Shown: positions 19,055-28,710, counted from the first letter of the stretch. The stretch: 39,880 nucleotides of DNA from Archangium sp. (GCA_031367385.1 JANLPS010000161.1:1-39880); one strand, 5' to 3'. Notes: generated from the letters alone by a model not told the origin. A program made the numbers and translations.

Positions 19055-21409
19055 ATGGCTTCTCGAAAATCCACCGTTGGTCAGAGCGACCCTGAAAAAG
19101 CCACTCCGACGATGGCGAAGGCGCCGAACCCGCTCGACGAAGACCCTGAAAAGGCCAACCCGACGGTCGCCAAGCCGAACCCGCTCCGCGCTGGCCGCAA
19201 GAGCCTGGTGCCGAGCGACGATGACGAAGAGACCAACCCCATCGCCCCTCCAGACGGTGAGGTCGACCCCGAGCGCGCGAACAAGACCGCGGCGCGGGCT
19301 CCGATGGGTCGGCGGCCGTCGCCCGCGAAGAAAGCCAGCAACCCCAGAAGCTCGGCGGTCGAGGTCTCGGAGTCGCTCGAAGGAGATGCCGAGTACCACA
19401 CCGGCCAGAACTACCGGGCGATGCACGACGCCGATGACGAGGCGCAGCTGGCTCCGGCTGACAGTCTCGATGGTGAAGGCCTCGAACCGATGGACCCCGA
19501 GATGGTGCCGCGCACCCGGCAACTGGCGCTCGAGGGTGACCCCGATGCCGAGCCGGAGGTCGACCATGCGCCCGAAGCCGATGACGAGAACTCGACTCGT
19601 GCGGGGCCTCCGGTTCAGCTTGAGATCGTCGCCGGGCCCGATGCGGGTCAGAAGCGCCGCTTCAAGGGCGTGCGCATGGTCATCGGCCGCACGCCGGGCG
19701 TCGATTTTCAGCTCTCAGATCAATCGGTTTCACGCCGTCACATCGAGCTTGTGCACGGTGATGCGGGCACGGTGATGCGCGACCTGGGCAGCGGCAACGG
19801 CACCAAGGTCAACGGCGAAAAAGTGGCTGAGAAGGTGCTCGAGCACGGCGATGAAATCGCGCTGGGCAAGACGCGCATTCGGTACATCGACGAGGTCGCG
19901 GCGTTCAAGAAGGCCCGCGAAGAGTCAGAGCAGAAAGAGGCCGCTGCGGCCGCCGCGGCCCAAGAAGAGGCCGCTGCCCCTGCCGAGGGCGCCGAAGAGC
20001 CCGGCGAGGCCGGTGCAGACGACGAAGACGAGGCCTCCCGGTCTTTGGCGGAGTCGGCTGAAGGCGCCGAGGCGGGTGAGGCACCCGCGGCCGAGGGTGA
20101 AGAAGAGCCCGCGGCGGCGCGAGATCGCTCGGCGGCTCCGGTGAAGACCGCGCGCGGGCGGGGAGAAGCGGTGCCAGATCGCAAAGCGCCATCTCCGATG
20201 CGCATGCTGATCATCGCTGGGGCCGTGTTGGTGGTGATGATCATCGCGGTGGGGCTGTTGACCCGAAAGCCGCCGCCGACGACCGAAGAGCTCTCGAAGG
20301 CCAAGGCCGAGACGAAGATGAACGAGGCCCGCACCGCGGCGCGTGAAAATCGGTTCGCCGATGCGATCTCGTTCGCTGACGAGGCAGAGCGGCTCAACCC
20401 GGGCATCGACAAATCGAAGATCGCTGCCAGCGCCCGAGAAGAGCTCGCGGTGCAAAAGGCGATTGACGATGCGCGCGGGTTTCTCGACAAGAAGCAGTTC
20501 GAAGACGTACGCAAGACGTTGGCGCAGGCGCCCAAAGGCTCGGGCCGGCTCGACGAGCAGCGCAACAAGGTCGAGGCCGACCTGGCGGCGGCTGAGCTTC
20601 AGTACAAGAAAGACCAAATCGACTCGTTCATCGCGTCGGGTGACATCGAGCCTGCGAAGGTGCTGCTGGGCACGTTGCCCGTCGAAGAGCAGGGCCCCTC
20701 GGCGCGAAAGATCGGCGACTTCGAGGCGCAGCTCGATCAGATCAAGAAAGACGAGGAGCACAGCGCGCGGCAGAACGCTGCGGCGGCGGCGATCAGCCGA
20801 AAATTGCACCGCGAAGAAGAGGTTTTGTTGGCGTTCGCGGCGGTCGAGCGAAAATTCGCCGGCGCCGAATGGGAGCGCGCTGCCTCGGAGTGCCCCCGGG
20901 TGATCGAGCTGCACCAGACCGACAAAGAAATCGTCTCGCGGGCCCAGCGCTTGATGTCGCTGATCCCCAATTTCGGTCGCAACTACGAAGAGGGCACGCG
21001 AAAGTTCAAGCAGGGGCAGCTGGCTCAGGCGGCGAAGCCGCTCCGCGCGGCGCATCAGATCTACCAGCAGATCAACCTGCGTCAGAACCCGTACGGCGCT
21101 GAGCTCGAGCAGAACCTGGCCCAGGCCTCGTTGATCGCGGGCCGCGAGGCGCTGCTGCGCAATGACCTGTCTTCGGCGGCGCAGAACTTTCGCGACGTGG
21201 TGCGGCTCGACCCGAGTGAAAAGAGGGGCAAGGAGGGGCTCGACGAGACCATCAGCAAGGCTGAAGAGCTGTTCAACGACGCGTACACCGTGCGCTCGCT
21301 CGACCCGCGTGACGCACAGCGCAAGCTCAAGGTCGTGATTGAAGTGACTCCGGTGGGGTCGACGACGCACGAGAAGGCGAAGAACGTGCTCGCGGCGATG
21401 CCCCAGTAA
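19055..21409 (+). CDS. FHA-domain membrane protein with acidic disordered N-terminus and C-terminal TPR-like helices
   Basis: FHA motifs IGR, SVSRRH and DLGSGNGT.VNG, a single TM (MLIIAGAVLVVMIIAVGLL) and TPR-like helical repeats. Confidence 0.9.
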   Translation: MASRKSTVGQSDPEKATPTMAKAPNPLDEDPEKANPTVAKPNPLRAGRKSLVPSDDDEETNPIAPPDGEVDPERANKTAARAPMGRRPSPAKKASNPRSSAVEVSESLEGDAEYHTGQNYRAMHDADDEAQLAPADSLDGEGLEPMDPEMVPRTRQLALEGDPDAEPEVDHAPEADDENSTRAGPPVQLEIVAGPDAGQKRRFKGVRMVIGRTPGVDFQLSDQSVSRRHIELVHGDAGTVMRDLGSGNGTKVNGEKVAEKVLEHGDEIALGKTRIRYIDEVAAFKKAREESEQKEAAAAAAAQEEAAAPAEGAEEPGEAGADDEDEASRSLAESAEGAEAGEAPAAEGEEEPAAARDRSAAPVKTARGRGEAVPDRKAPSPMRMLIIAGAVLVVMIIAVGLLTRKPPPTTEELSKAKAETKMNEARTAARENRFADAISFADEAERLNPGIDKSKIAASAREELAVQKAIDDARGFLDKKQFEDVRKTLAQAPKGSGRLDEQRNKVEADLAAAELQYKKDQIDSFIASGDIEPAKVLLGTLPVEEQGPSARKIGDFEAQLDQIKKDEEHSARQNAAAAAISRKLHREEEVLLAFAAVERKFAGAEWERAASECPRVIELHQTDKEIVSRAQRLMSLIPNFGRNYEEGTRKFKQGQLAQAAKPLRAAHQIYQQINLRQNPYGAELEQNLAQASLIAGREALLRNDLSSAAQNFRDVVRLDPSEKRGKEGLDETISKAEELFNDAYTVRSLDPRDAQRKLKVVIEVTPVGSTTHEKAKNVLAAMPQ

Positions 21410-21415
21410 CCGTTT

Positions 21416-22663
21416 TCAATCGCGCAGAAGCTGAAACCCCATGGCCCGATGGCCAGTCGCCCGTGCCGCGGTGACCCACAACATCATCAGCGGCTCGAGC
21501 AGGCGGGCGTTCTTCAGCGGCCCGGCGAACACCGGCTCGAAGCCGACGTCACGCACGAGCTGGGAGAGCACTTCGCGGCCAGCCAGATCATCACCGCAGA
21601 AGAAGTTGGCGGCAGGCCCGCTCGCGTACACCGGGGCCGCGAGGTTCTCGGCCCCCTGCGCGTTGAACGACTTGAACACCCTCGCGCCCGGCAGCTTCTT
21701 CGCGACCTCTTCTGCCCACGACGTCGAGTGACCCACGGTCAACGCGAAGCCGGGGCCCACGCTGTTGGTGCAATCGATGACCAGCTTGCCGGCAAAGGAG
21801 GCCGACGTTGAGAGGGCCTCGACCGCCTGGGCGGGCACCGCCAAGGCGATGACCTCGCCCGCCCCGATGGCCTCTGAAGCAGAGCTGATGCGCGCACCAG
21901 TCTGAGACGCGAGCGCACGAACTTCGGCGTCGTCAGCAGATCTCACGCCGACCGTCACGTGATGCCCGGCCCGCGCCCACGCGCGTACGAGGCCGCCGCC
22001 AATGTTGCCCGAGCCGATGACGGCGACCTTGCGCGGGGGGAGCGAGGTCGTGACCCCGGCTGGCCTGGCGCCATCGCTCTCGAGCCGCAGCGCGATGCGA
22101 CGGCCGAGCTTCTCGACCATGGCGAGGTGAACCCACAATGCGGCGGCGGGCTCGAGAAGGCGTGCGTTCGCGAGCGGCCCCACGTCGACTGCGTCAAAGC
22201 CGAGCCCTCGCGCGAGCCCATGCACGGTCTGTCGTGCCGCGGGGTCATCTCCACACAGGAACATGGTCGCCGCGCGCCCCCCCACCTTCGGGTTCGCCAT
22301 GACCTCGACGCCGACCGTGTTGAAGCACTTCACGACGCGCGCGCCAGGCGCTAGCCGCTGGAGCGTCTCAGCACCCGAATCGGTGTGGCCCACCGCCAGC
22401 ACCAGCCCAGGGAGGAGGGGGTTCGAAGCGTCGATGATGATCTTGCCGTCGAGCGAGCCAGCCGATTTCACGACGTCGGGCTGCGCTGCGAACGGCGTCG
22501 CGAGCACCAGCACCTCTGACGACGAGGCGGCCTGCGCAATCGAGACTGAGCCAGGGTGTTTGCCCGGCTCACGAACCCCGAGGGTGACCCCGTGGCCAGC
22601 CTTCGAGAACGCCGCGCCGAGGGTCGAGCCGACTTTGCCTGCCCCGATGATGCCGATGTGCAT
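21416..22663 (-). CDS. Tandem-duplicated NADPH-dependent F420 reductase-like (F420_oxidored family) oxidoreductase
   Basis: Two full modules, IGIIGAGKVG...GKIIIDASNP...VVKCFN...CGDD...GF..VD.GPL.NAR.LEP and VAVIGSGNIG...GKLVIDCTNS...VFKSFN...CGDD...GF..V..GPL.NAR.LEP. Confidence 0.9.
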   Translation of the reverse strand: MHIGIIGAGKVGSTLGAAFSKAGHGVTLGVREPGKHPGSVSIAQAASSSEVLVLATPFAAQPDVVKSAGSLDGKIIIDASNPLLPGLVLAVGHTDSGAETLQRLAPGARVVKCFNTVGVEVMANPKVGGRAATMFLCGDDPAARQTVHGLARGLGFDAVDVGPLANARLLEPAAALWVHLAMVEKLGRRIALRLESDGARPAGVTTSLPPRKVAVIGSGNIGGGLVRAWARAGHHVTVGVRSADDAEVRALASQTGARISSASEAIGAGEVIALAVPAQAVEALSTSASFAGKLVIDCTNSVGPGFALTVGHSTSWAEEVAKKLPGARVFKSFNAQGAENLAAPVYASGPAANFFCGDDLAGREVLSQLVRDVGFEPVFAGPLKNARLLEPLMMLWVTAARATGHRAMGFQLLRD

Positions 22664-22715
22664 GATGCCTCGTTTCAGAAAGTTGAACGGCTGCAGGGTG
22701 GGCGAGCCGAGTGCG

Positions 22716-23693
22716 TCAGGCCAGTTCATCGTGTGCAACGTTTGATTTCGTGCGGCGAGAGGTGCCAACCCGGGTCTTCGCCCCTGCGTGAAACCCCGGG
22801 GCCGCCTTGTGGGCCGCTGAAACGAAAAGCTGCCGCAGCCAGGTATGCTCGGGCGACGAGTCTTGCCGAGGGTGCCACAGCAGGCTCAACGCGTATGGCT
22901 TGAGTGGCAGCGGTGTTTCGGTCACCACCAGCCCCAGGGCCCCTTCGAGCCTGCGCGCCATGCGCTCTGAAATGGTCAGCACCGCGTCAGACTCAGAGAC
23001 GAGCTGGAGCGCTGAAAGAAAGTAGGGCACCGCGCGGGTGACTCGCCGTTGTTTGCCTCGGGCGGCCAGCAAGGTGTCGAGGTAGCCGCCGGGTTTGCCA
23101 CGCGGAGCGACCTGCAGGTGATCGAGCGAGAGAAACGTCTCGAGGTCAAGCCTGCCTTTCGAGGCCGGGTGCCCCTTGCGCAGCACGGTGACGAAGCGGT
23201 CGGTGAAGAGCACGCGGGTGCGGAGCTCTGGGGGCAGGTCGGCATAGATGCCGACGGCGAGGTCAATCGCGCCCTCTCGCAAGAGCGCTGCGTCGTCGGG
23301 CGCGGTCGGCAGAAATCGAAGGAGCACCCCGGGCGCCTGCTTGGCCGCCAGGGTGTCGAGCGCCGAGCCAAGCACGGTCACGACGTGGTCGGTCGCGTTG
23401 ATCTTGAACTCCTGCTCCAGCACGCGGGGGTCGAAGTGCGCCTGACGGCTGAGCACGGCCCGCGCCTTCGCGAGCGCGATGTGCACGTCGGCCTTGAGCG
23501 CGAGGGCCCGCTGGGTCGGCACCATGTCTCGCCCCGCCCGCACGAGCACTTCGTCTCCGAGCGTCACCCTGAGCCGGGCCAACGCATGGCTCATCGCCGG
23601 CGTGCTCAGGCCTACCCGCTTCGCCGCGCGAGAAACGCTTTGCTCCTGCAGAAGCGCGTCGAAGGTCTCAAGTAGATTCAGGTCGAGGTGCAT
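22716..23693 (-). CDS. LysR family transcriptional regulator (NodD/MexT-like subfamily)
   Basis: LDLNLL..FDALL.E.SVSRAA.R.GLS.PAMSHALARLR..LGD..LVR.GR.M.PT.RA; C-terminal LLWHPR...SP.H.WLR. Confidence 0.96.
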   Translation of the reverse strand: MHLDLNLLETFDALLQEQSVSRAAKRVGLSTPAMSHALARLRVTLGDEVLVRAGRDMVPTQRALALKADVHIALAKARAVLSRQAHFDPRVLEQEFKINATDHVVTVLGSALDTLAAKQAPGVLLRFLPTAPDDAALLREGAIDLAVGIYADLPPELRTRVLFTDRFVTVLRKGHPASKGRLDLETFLSLDHLQVAPRGKPGGYLDTLLAARGKQRRVTRAVPYFLSALQLVSESDAVLTISERMARRLEGALGLVVTETPLPLKPYALSLLWHPRQDSSPEHTWLRQLFVSAAHKAAPGFHAGAKTRVGTSRRTKSNVAHDELA

Positions 23694-23791
23694 CTGGTCA
23701 TTTCATCAGGTGCAGTGGGCTGGGCAATCAAGTTCGCCATGGGAGTGTCATTATTAAGCGCAGGCGTGGTTCGTGCCTTGGGTATTTCGTT

Positions 23792-23814
23792 TGATGCAAT
23801 GACTTGGTGCATCA
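23792..23814. promoter_or_regulatory. Inverted repeat TGATGCA-N9-TGCATCA, candidate regulator site
   Basis: Perfect 7-bp arms in the AT-richer divergent region between lysR and the DJ-1 operon. Confidence 0.45.
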
Positions 23815-23886
23815 CATTCATTCGACGCATGGCCTTGGCGTGCGCACTCTGGGCGGGTCACCAACCGCAACCCCTCGGAGAACGCC

Positions 23887-24657
23887 ATGAGCCTCAAAGA
23901 CCCCAACGTCACGCAAGCCAAGAAACCGAAGCGCATCGCCATCGTCATCGCAAACCCCGCGACCTCGACCACCGTCGGCTGGCCAGTCGGGTTCTGGTGG
24001 AGCGAGCTGACCCACCCGTACTTCGCCTTCACCGAGGCCGGGTATCAGGTCGAGATCTTCAGCCCAGAGGGAGGAAAGTGCGAAGGTGACGGCCTGAGCG
24101 ACCCGCGCGACCCGTCTGGGTACTCCGCGAGCGACCTCATCAGCATGGGCTTCGTATCGACCCCGAAGCTGGCAGCGCTGGTGAGCGACACCAAGCCTGT
24201 CGCCTCAATCGACCCTTCGAAGTTCGATGCCATCGTCGTTGCGGGCGGCCAGGCGCCGATGTTCACCTACGAGAAGGCCACCACGCTGCAGAAGAAGTTC
24301 GTCGAGTTCTACGAGCTGGGCAAGGTGGCGGCGGCGCTCTGTCACGGCGTCGCGCTGCTCAAGTTCGCCAAGCTGTCGAACGGCGAGCTGCTGGTGAAGG
24401 GCAAGACCGTCACCGGCTTTGCCAACGTCGAAGAAGACTTCGCCGACACGGCCGTGTGGAACATGGGCGCGTTGCCGAAAGACAAGCACCTGATGCCCTG
24501 GCGCATCGAAGACGAGCTCAAGAAGGTGGGGGCGAACTTCGTGCAGGCCGGGCTGTGGCGTGGCTTCGCGATTCGTGACGGCAATCTCATCACCGGGCAG
24601 CAGAACTACTCGGGCTCCGAGACCGCCGAGCTCGTCATTCAGACGCTGGGGCGGTGA
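23887..24657 (+). CDS. DJ-1/PfpI (type 1 glutamine amidotransferase-like, Hsp31-like) protein
   Basis: GFWWSELTHPY (Glu), FDAIVVAGG, ALCHG (nucleophile Cys-His) and DGNLITGQ; GGAG SD. Confidence 0.93.
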   Translation: MSLKDPNVTQAKKPKRIAIVIANPATSTTVGWPVGFWWSELTHPYFAFTEAGYQVEIFSPEGGKCEGDGLSDPRDPSGYSASDLISMGFVSTPKLAALVSDTKPVASIDPSKFDAIVVAGGQAPMFTYEKATTLQKKFVEFYELGKVAAALCHGVALLKFAKLSNGELLVKGKTVTGFANVEEDFADTAVWNMGALPKDKHLMPWRIEDELKKVGANFVQAGLWRGFAIRDGNLITGQQNYSGSETAELVIQTLGR

Positions 24658-25463
24658 TTGAAATGAGAGCCCATCTTGTTGCAACCCTGGCGCTCGCCGC
24701 CTGCGCCACTCCCTCGTCATCGCACCAGAGCACCGCGATGCCCGCGACCTTCATTCTCGTTCACGGCGCCTTCGCCGACGCCCATGCCTTCGATGCGGTC
24801 AAGCCCCTGCTCGAAGCCGCGGGCCATCGGGTGATCGCCGCTGACCTGCCGGGTCATGGCGCCGACGCCACGGCGCTGAAGGAGATTTCGCTCGAGAGGT
24901 ACGTCGACTCGGTGACACGGCTCGTCGAAGCCCAGCCAGCGCCAGTCGTTCTGGTTGGGCACAGCATGGCCGGCATGGTCGTCTCGCAGGTCGCTGAGCG
25001 GGCGCCGAACAAGGTGCAGCAGCTGGTCTTCGTCGCGGCCTATCTCCCGATGAACGGTCAGTCGCTCGAAGCGCTCGCGAAGGGTGACCCCACGAGCCTG
25101 GTTGGCCAGAACATGCAGTTCGCGCCCGACTTCTCGACTGTCACCATCAAGAGAGAGCGCCTGGCCGAAGCGCTTGCCGCCGATGTGGCGCCCGAGATCC
25201 AAGGCTTCATCGTCGCAGGCCACAAGCCTGAGCCGCTGGCGCCCTTTCAGGGCAAGGCGACGCTCACCGAAGCGCGGTTTGGTTCGGTGCCACGCAGCTA
25301 CCTCTTCACTGCGAACGATCGCGCCGTCACGCCTGCTTTGCAGCAGCAGATGGTCGCCGCTTGGCCGAATACGAAGACCAAGACCCTCGCGACCTCTCAC
25401 CTGCCGTTTCTCGCGCAGCCAGCGGCGTTCGTTACCGCCCTGCTCGAGTTGTCAGCCCGCTAG
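24654..25463 (+). CDS. Alpha/beta hydrolase (methylesterase/SABP2-like), probable lipoprotein
   Basis: Lipobox LAAC, LVHGA, DLPGHG, GHSMAG nucleophile elbow, DRAV and SHLPF. GTGA overlap with the upstream gene; alternative start 24663. Confidence 0.92.
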   Translation: MIEMRAHLVATLALAACATPSSSHQSTAMPATFILVHGAFADAHAFDAVKPLLEAAGHRVIAADLPGHGADATALKEISLERYVDSVTRLVEAQPAPVVLVGHSMAGMVVSQVAERAPNKVQQLVFVAAYLPMNGQSLEALAKGDPTSLVGQNMQFAPDFSTVTIKRERLAEALAADVAPEIQGFIVAGHKPEPLAPFQGKATLTEARFGSVPRSYLFTANDRAVTPALQQQMVAAWPNTKTKTLATSHLPFLAQPAAFVTALLELSAR

Positions 25464-25473
25464 GAGAGCCACC

Positions 25474-26049
25474 ATGTCGACCGAGCCAGTCACCGTCGTC
25501 GTCACCCGTCGCGTGAAGGCGGGCCTCGAAAAGGGCTACGAGCGCTGGCTCGATCGGCTTCTCGAAGACGTCAAGTCGCTGCCGGGCTATCTCGGCACCA
25601 CCGTGCAGCGGCCCCTCGGCACGGGCCGCGAGTACACCAGCGTCTTTCGTTTCGATTCAGTCGAGCACCTAAGAGCTTTCGAAGAGAGCGACCTGCGGCG
25701 TCGAGCGTTGGCGGAGGTCGGTGAGTACGTCGAGGCCGACGCAGTGTGGAACCGGCTCACCGGGCTGGAGTTCTGGTTCACGCCGCCAGCCGGCACCGTC
25801 GTGCCGCAACCGTCGCGGTTTCGAATGGCGCTGGTGATGATCGGCGTCGTCTATGGGCTCGTCTTCACCATCGGCTCGCTGGTGGCGATGGTGCTGTCGA
25901 CCGCGCCGATGCCGCTGCGGCTGTTGGTCACCATCACCATCGAGGTGTTTTTGATGACCTATGTCTTGATGCCGCGGCTGACGAAGGCGCTCGCGAAGTT
26001 CATCTACCCGCCGGCCAAGGGGCGCTCAGAAACATGCTCTTGCTCGTGA
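25474..26049 (+). CDS. Antibiotic-biosynthesis-monooxygenase-like domain protein with C-terminal TM helices
   Basis: AGGAG SD; VTVVVTRRVK.G.E..YE.W......PGYLG...FRFDS.E.L..FE.S..R, TGLEFWF, then two TM helices ending MTYVLMP.LT. Confidence 0.88.
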   Translation: MSTEPVTVVVTRRVKAGLEKGYERWLDRLLEDVKSLPGYLGTTVQRPLGTGREYTSVFRFDSVEHLRAFEESDLRRRALAEVGEYVEADAVWNRLTGLEFWFTPPAGTVVPQPSRFRMALVMIGVVYGLVFTIGSLVAMVLSTAPMPLRLLVTITIEVFLMTYVLMPRLTKALAKFIYPPAKGRSETCSCS

Positions 26050-26852
26050 TGGCGTCGATGTTGGGCCAGGTCAACGCCGAGGCACTCAAGGCCGCCCCGT
26101 GGAAAGCGGGCGTCTCTCTTGGGGCCGACGGTTCGCTCGCACTGGGGCGAGGCAACGTCGTGTTTCTCGACCTGGGTGGCACAGTGAGGGCGCAGTGGCA
26201 GACGCTCCACCCCGCCGATGGCTCGGGCATCTCGTGGGTCAAGCAGCGCGTCTTCGCGGTGACCAATGCGCGGTATTCAGAGACCGCGCGCGGAGCGTTC
26301 GTGAACCAGACCTTTGCCCACGCCCGGTGGACGGCGATGTGGCACCCGAGGGTGGGGTTTGACGTCTTTGCGCAGTACCAGACGAACCTGTTCTTGCGAA
26401 TGCAGGCCCGCGCCGTGGGTGGGCCCGGCGTGAGGGTGGAGGCGATTCGCTCGAAATACCTGGCGCTCTGGGCCGGCAGCGCGGTGATGTTCGAGTACGA
26501 CCAGCTCTCACCCCGCGAGGGGAGCACCGAGCGACTGGCGACCTTTGACGTGCGGTGGTCGAGCTACCTCACGGCTCGCCTGTCGTGCTTCGACGCGAAG
26601 CTGTTGGTGCAGAACACGACGTACGCTCAGCCGCGCTTCGACGCGTTCGCCGACGCGCGTTTTCTCAATGAGACAGAGGTGATGGCCAAGGTGGTCGACG
26701 CACTGATGCTCGGGGTGACGGTGAGCGTGCTGCACGACACCCAACCGCCCCAAGGCGTGGTGCCAACAGATCTCAGGGTCTTGACGGTTCTTCGCTTCTC
26801 GCTCGAGTTTGCGCCACCGCCCGTGGCCGAGCCTGCCGCAACCACCCAGTGA
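26034..26852 (+). CDS. DUF481-like outer-membrane beta-barrel protein
   Basis: Alternating amphipathic strands, GN motif, R.VGGPGVR, Y.QPR and HDT.PP.GV..TD. Confidence 0.75.
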   Translation: MLLLVMASMLGQVNAEALKAAPWKAGVSLGADGSLALGRGNVVFLDLGGTVRAQWQTLHPADGSGISWVKQRVFAVTNARYSETARGAFVNQTFAHARWTAMWHPRVGFDVFAQYQTNLFLRMQARAVGGPGVRVEAIRSKYLALWAGSAVMFEYDQLSPREGSTERLATFDVRWSSYLTARLSCFDAKLLVQNTTYAQPRFDAFADARFLNETEVMAKVVDALMLGVTVSVLHDTQPPQGVVPTDLRVLTVLRFSLEFAPPPVAEPAATTQ

Positions 26853-26958
26853 GGCCGCGGCCCCTGGGCGAATGACGCGCTTCGGTGTGCGCAAACCGCG
26901 CCTGCAACCTCGAGTAGCCACGACCACGCAGAGGCGGCCCTGCTACGCTTCGCGGTTG

Positions 26959-28278
26959 ATGACTCAAATGCTCCGTGAGCTCGGGCTCGACTTCGTCGCT
27001 GAAAGCAACTGGGCGCGCGCGCTCGCCATCTTCGCCGAGGCGGTGCGCCGCCAGCCCAACGACCACCGCTCGCGCATGCTGGCGGCCCGCTGCTACGCGA
27101 AGCTGGGTGAAACCGAGCGCGCGGTCACGACCTATCACGCCGCCGCCGAAGGCCTGTTGCGCCGCGGTTACTTGCTCTCGGCCATCGCCGCCTGCCAACA
27201 GGCCCTGCCCTTGGCGCGCAAAGAGAAGCGAATCGCCGAGACGCTGGCCCGCATTCACGCTCGGGCCGCCCGCGCCGCCGGTGGCAAGGCCCTGGTGCCT
27301 CCGCCGCTGCCGCCCGAGAGCCTCTACGACGGCAAAATCGAAGGCGACCTGATGACGATGACGGGCTCCGACCTCTCAGACCTCGCGATCAACGTGCTCG
27401 CCGCGCCCGATGTCTCGGGGGTCGCCGACACCAATCAGCGCCCGCCGTTGCCCCTGTTCGCCGAGCTCGAGCTGCCTGCCTTCATCGACCTGGTCGAGCT
27501 GATGGACTACCGCGAGCTGGCCGACGGCGAGGTCATCTGCCGCGAAGGCGAAGGCGGAGATCGCATCTTCGTGCTCGTCGCTGGCAAGGCCGAGGTCAGC
27601 CGCCGCGTCGACGAAGACTCCAAGCGCCTCGCCTTCTTGGGCGGAGGCTCGATCTTCGGTGAGATCTCGATGCTCACCGGCGCCGCACCCACCTCGACCG
27701 TCTCGGCCGTCGGTGAAGCCGAAGTGCTCGAGATCGAGCGAAAAGATCTCAACGAGCTCTCGCGCAAATACCCCTCGGTGCCGGCGGTGCTGGCCACCTT
27801 CGCCCAGAAGCGAATGGCGAAGAACCTGGTCTCGACCTCTCCCCTGTTCGCGCCGGTGCCCGAGGCTGACCGCTCGGCGCTGTTCTCGCGCTGCGTGTTT
27901 CGAGCGCTGCAGGCGGGCGAGAAGATCATTACCGAGGGTGAGCCGGTGCCAGGCCTCTTTCTGGTCTTGGCCGGTGAGCTGGTCGTGCAGAAAGACGACC
28001 CCGGCGGCGGCATGGTCTCGCTGGGCATTTTACGCGAGGGCGATATCGCGGGTGAAATCGCGATGTTGCGAGGGCTGCGCGCCACCGCCACCGTGGCCGC
28101 GACCCGCAAAACCGCCACCGCGTTTCTCGACCGCGCGACCTTCGAGGGCCTGATCAAGCAGTACCCCGGCATTCGCGAGTACCTCGAGGGGCTCTCCGAC
28201 CGCCGGCTCAAGCAAATCGGCGAGGCGATGCGGCCAGTCGAGGTGCTCGACGCTGATGAGCTGGTCGTCGAGGCGTGA
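26959..28278 (+). CDS. TPR plus two cyclic-nucleotide-binding domain protein (no HTH)
   Basis: N-terminal TPR-like helices and two cNMP domains (ICREGE.GD.IFVL..G...FGEISML...TSTV.A; I.EGE....LF.VL.G...GEIAML...ATATV). Confidence 0.9.
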   Translation: MTQMLRELGLDFVAESNWARALAIFAEAVRRQPNDHRSRMLAARCYAKLGETERAVTTYHAAAEGLLRRGYLLSAIAACQQALPLARKEKRIAETLARIHARAARAAGGKALVPPPLPPESLYDGKIEGDLMTMTGSDLSDLAINVLAAPDVSGVADTNQRPPLPLFAELELPAFIDLVELMDYRELADGEVICREGEGGDRIFVLVAGKAEVSRRVDEDSKRLAFLGGGSIFGEISMLTGAAPTSTVSAVGEAEVLEIERKDLNELSRKYPSVPAVLATFAQKRMAKNLVSTSPLFAPVPEADRSALFSRCVFRALQAGEKIITEGEPVPGLFLVLAGELVVQKDDPGGGMVSLGILREGDIAGEIAMLRGLRATATVAATRKTATAFLDRATFEGLIKQYPGIREYLEGLSDRRLKQIGEAMRPVEVLDADELVVEA

Positions 28279-28709
28279 AAGCGCGCCGGGTGTTGATGGT
28301 GGTGCTCCCGGTGTTGGCGGGGTTCGCGGTCGTGGCCCTGTGGCCCAAACCCAAGCGCTCACCCGAAGACGAGGTGCGCGCCTGGGTTGGCAAGCTCATC
28401 GCCGCCGCCGAGCGCCGTGACGTGTCGACGGTGAGTGGCGCGCTGGCCGACGCTTTCAAGGGGGGCGGCATGTCGCGGCAAGAGACGAAGCAGCTGCTCG
28501 CCGGCCTGTTGATGCGCTCCGGGCAAGACGTGACGGTGCTCAACCCTTCGCTCGACGTCACGATGGAGTCGCCCACCTCGGGCACCTTTCGCGGCACCTT
28601 CGTCTTCGCGAGAGGCAAGGGCGGCGGCGACCTCGGCCGCTATGACATCAAAGCGCGGTTCTCGAAGCCCGACGATCGCTGGCAGCTCGACTCAGCCGAG
28701 TGGAAGTAA
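28275..28709 (+). CDS. Membrane-anchored NTF2/SnoaL-like protein
   Basis: N-terminal TM helix, then helix-helix-beta sheet pattern ending W.L.SAEW; GTGA overlap with the upstream gene. Confidence 0.75.
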   Translation: MKARRVLMVVLPVLAGFAVVALWPKPKRSPEDEVRAWVGKLIAAAERRDVSTVSGALADAFKGGGMSRQETKQLLAGLLMRSGQDVTVLNPSLDVTMESPTSGTFRGTFVFARGKGGGDLGRYDIKARFSKPDDRWQLDSAEWK

Positions 28710-28710
28710 C

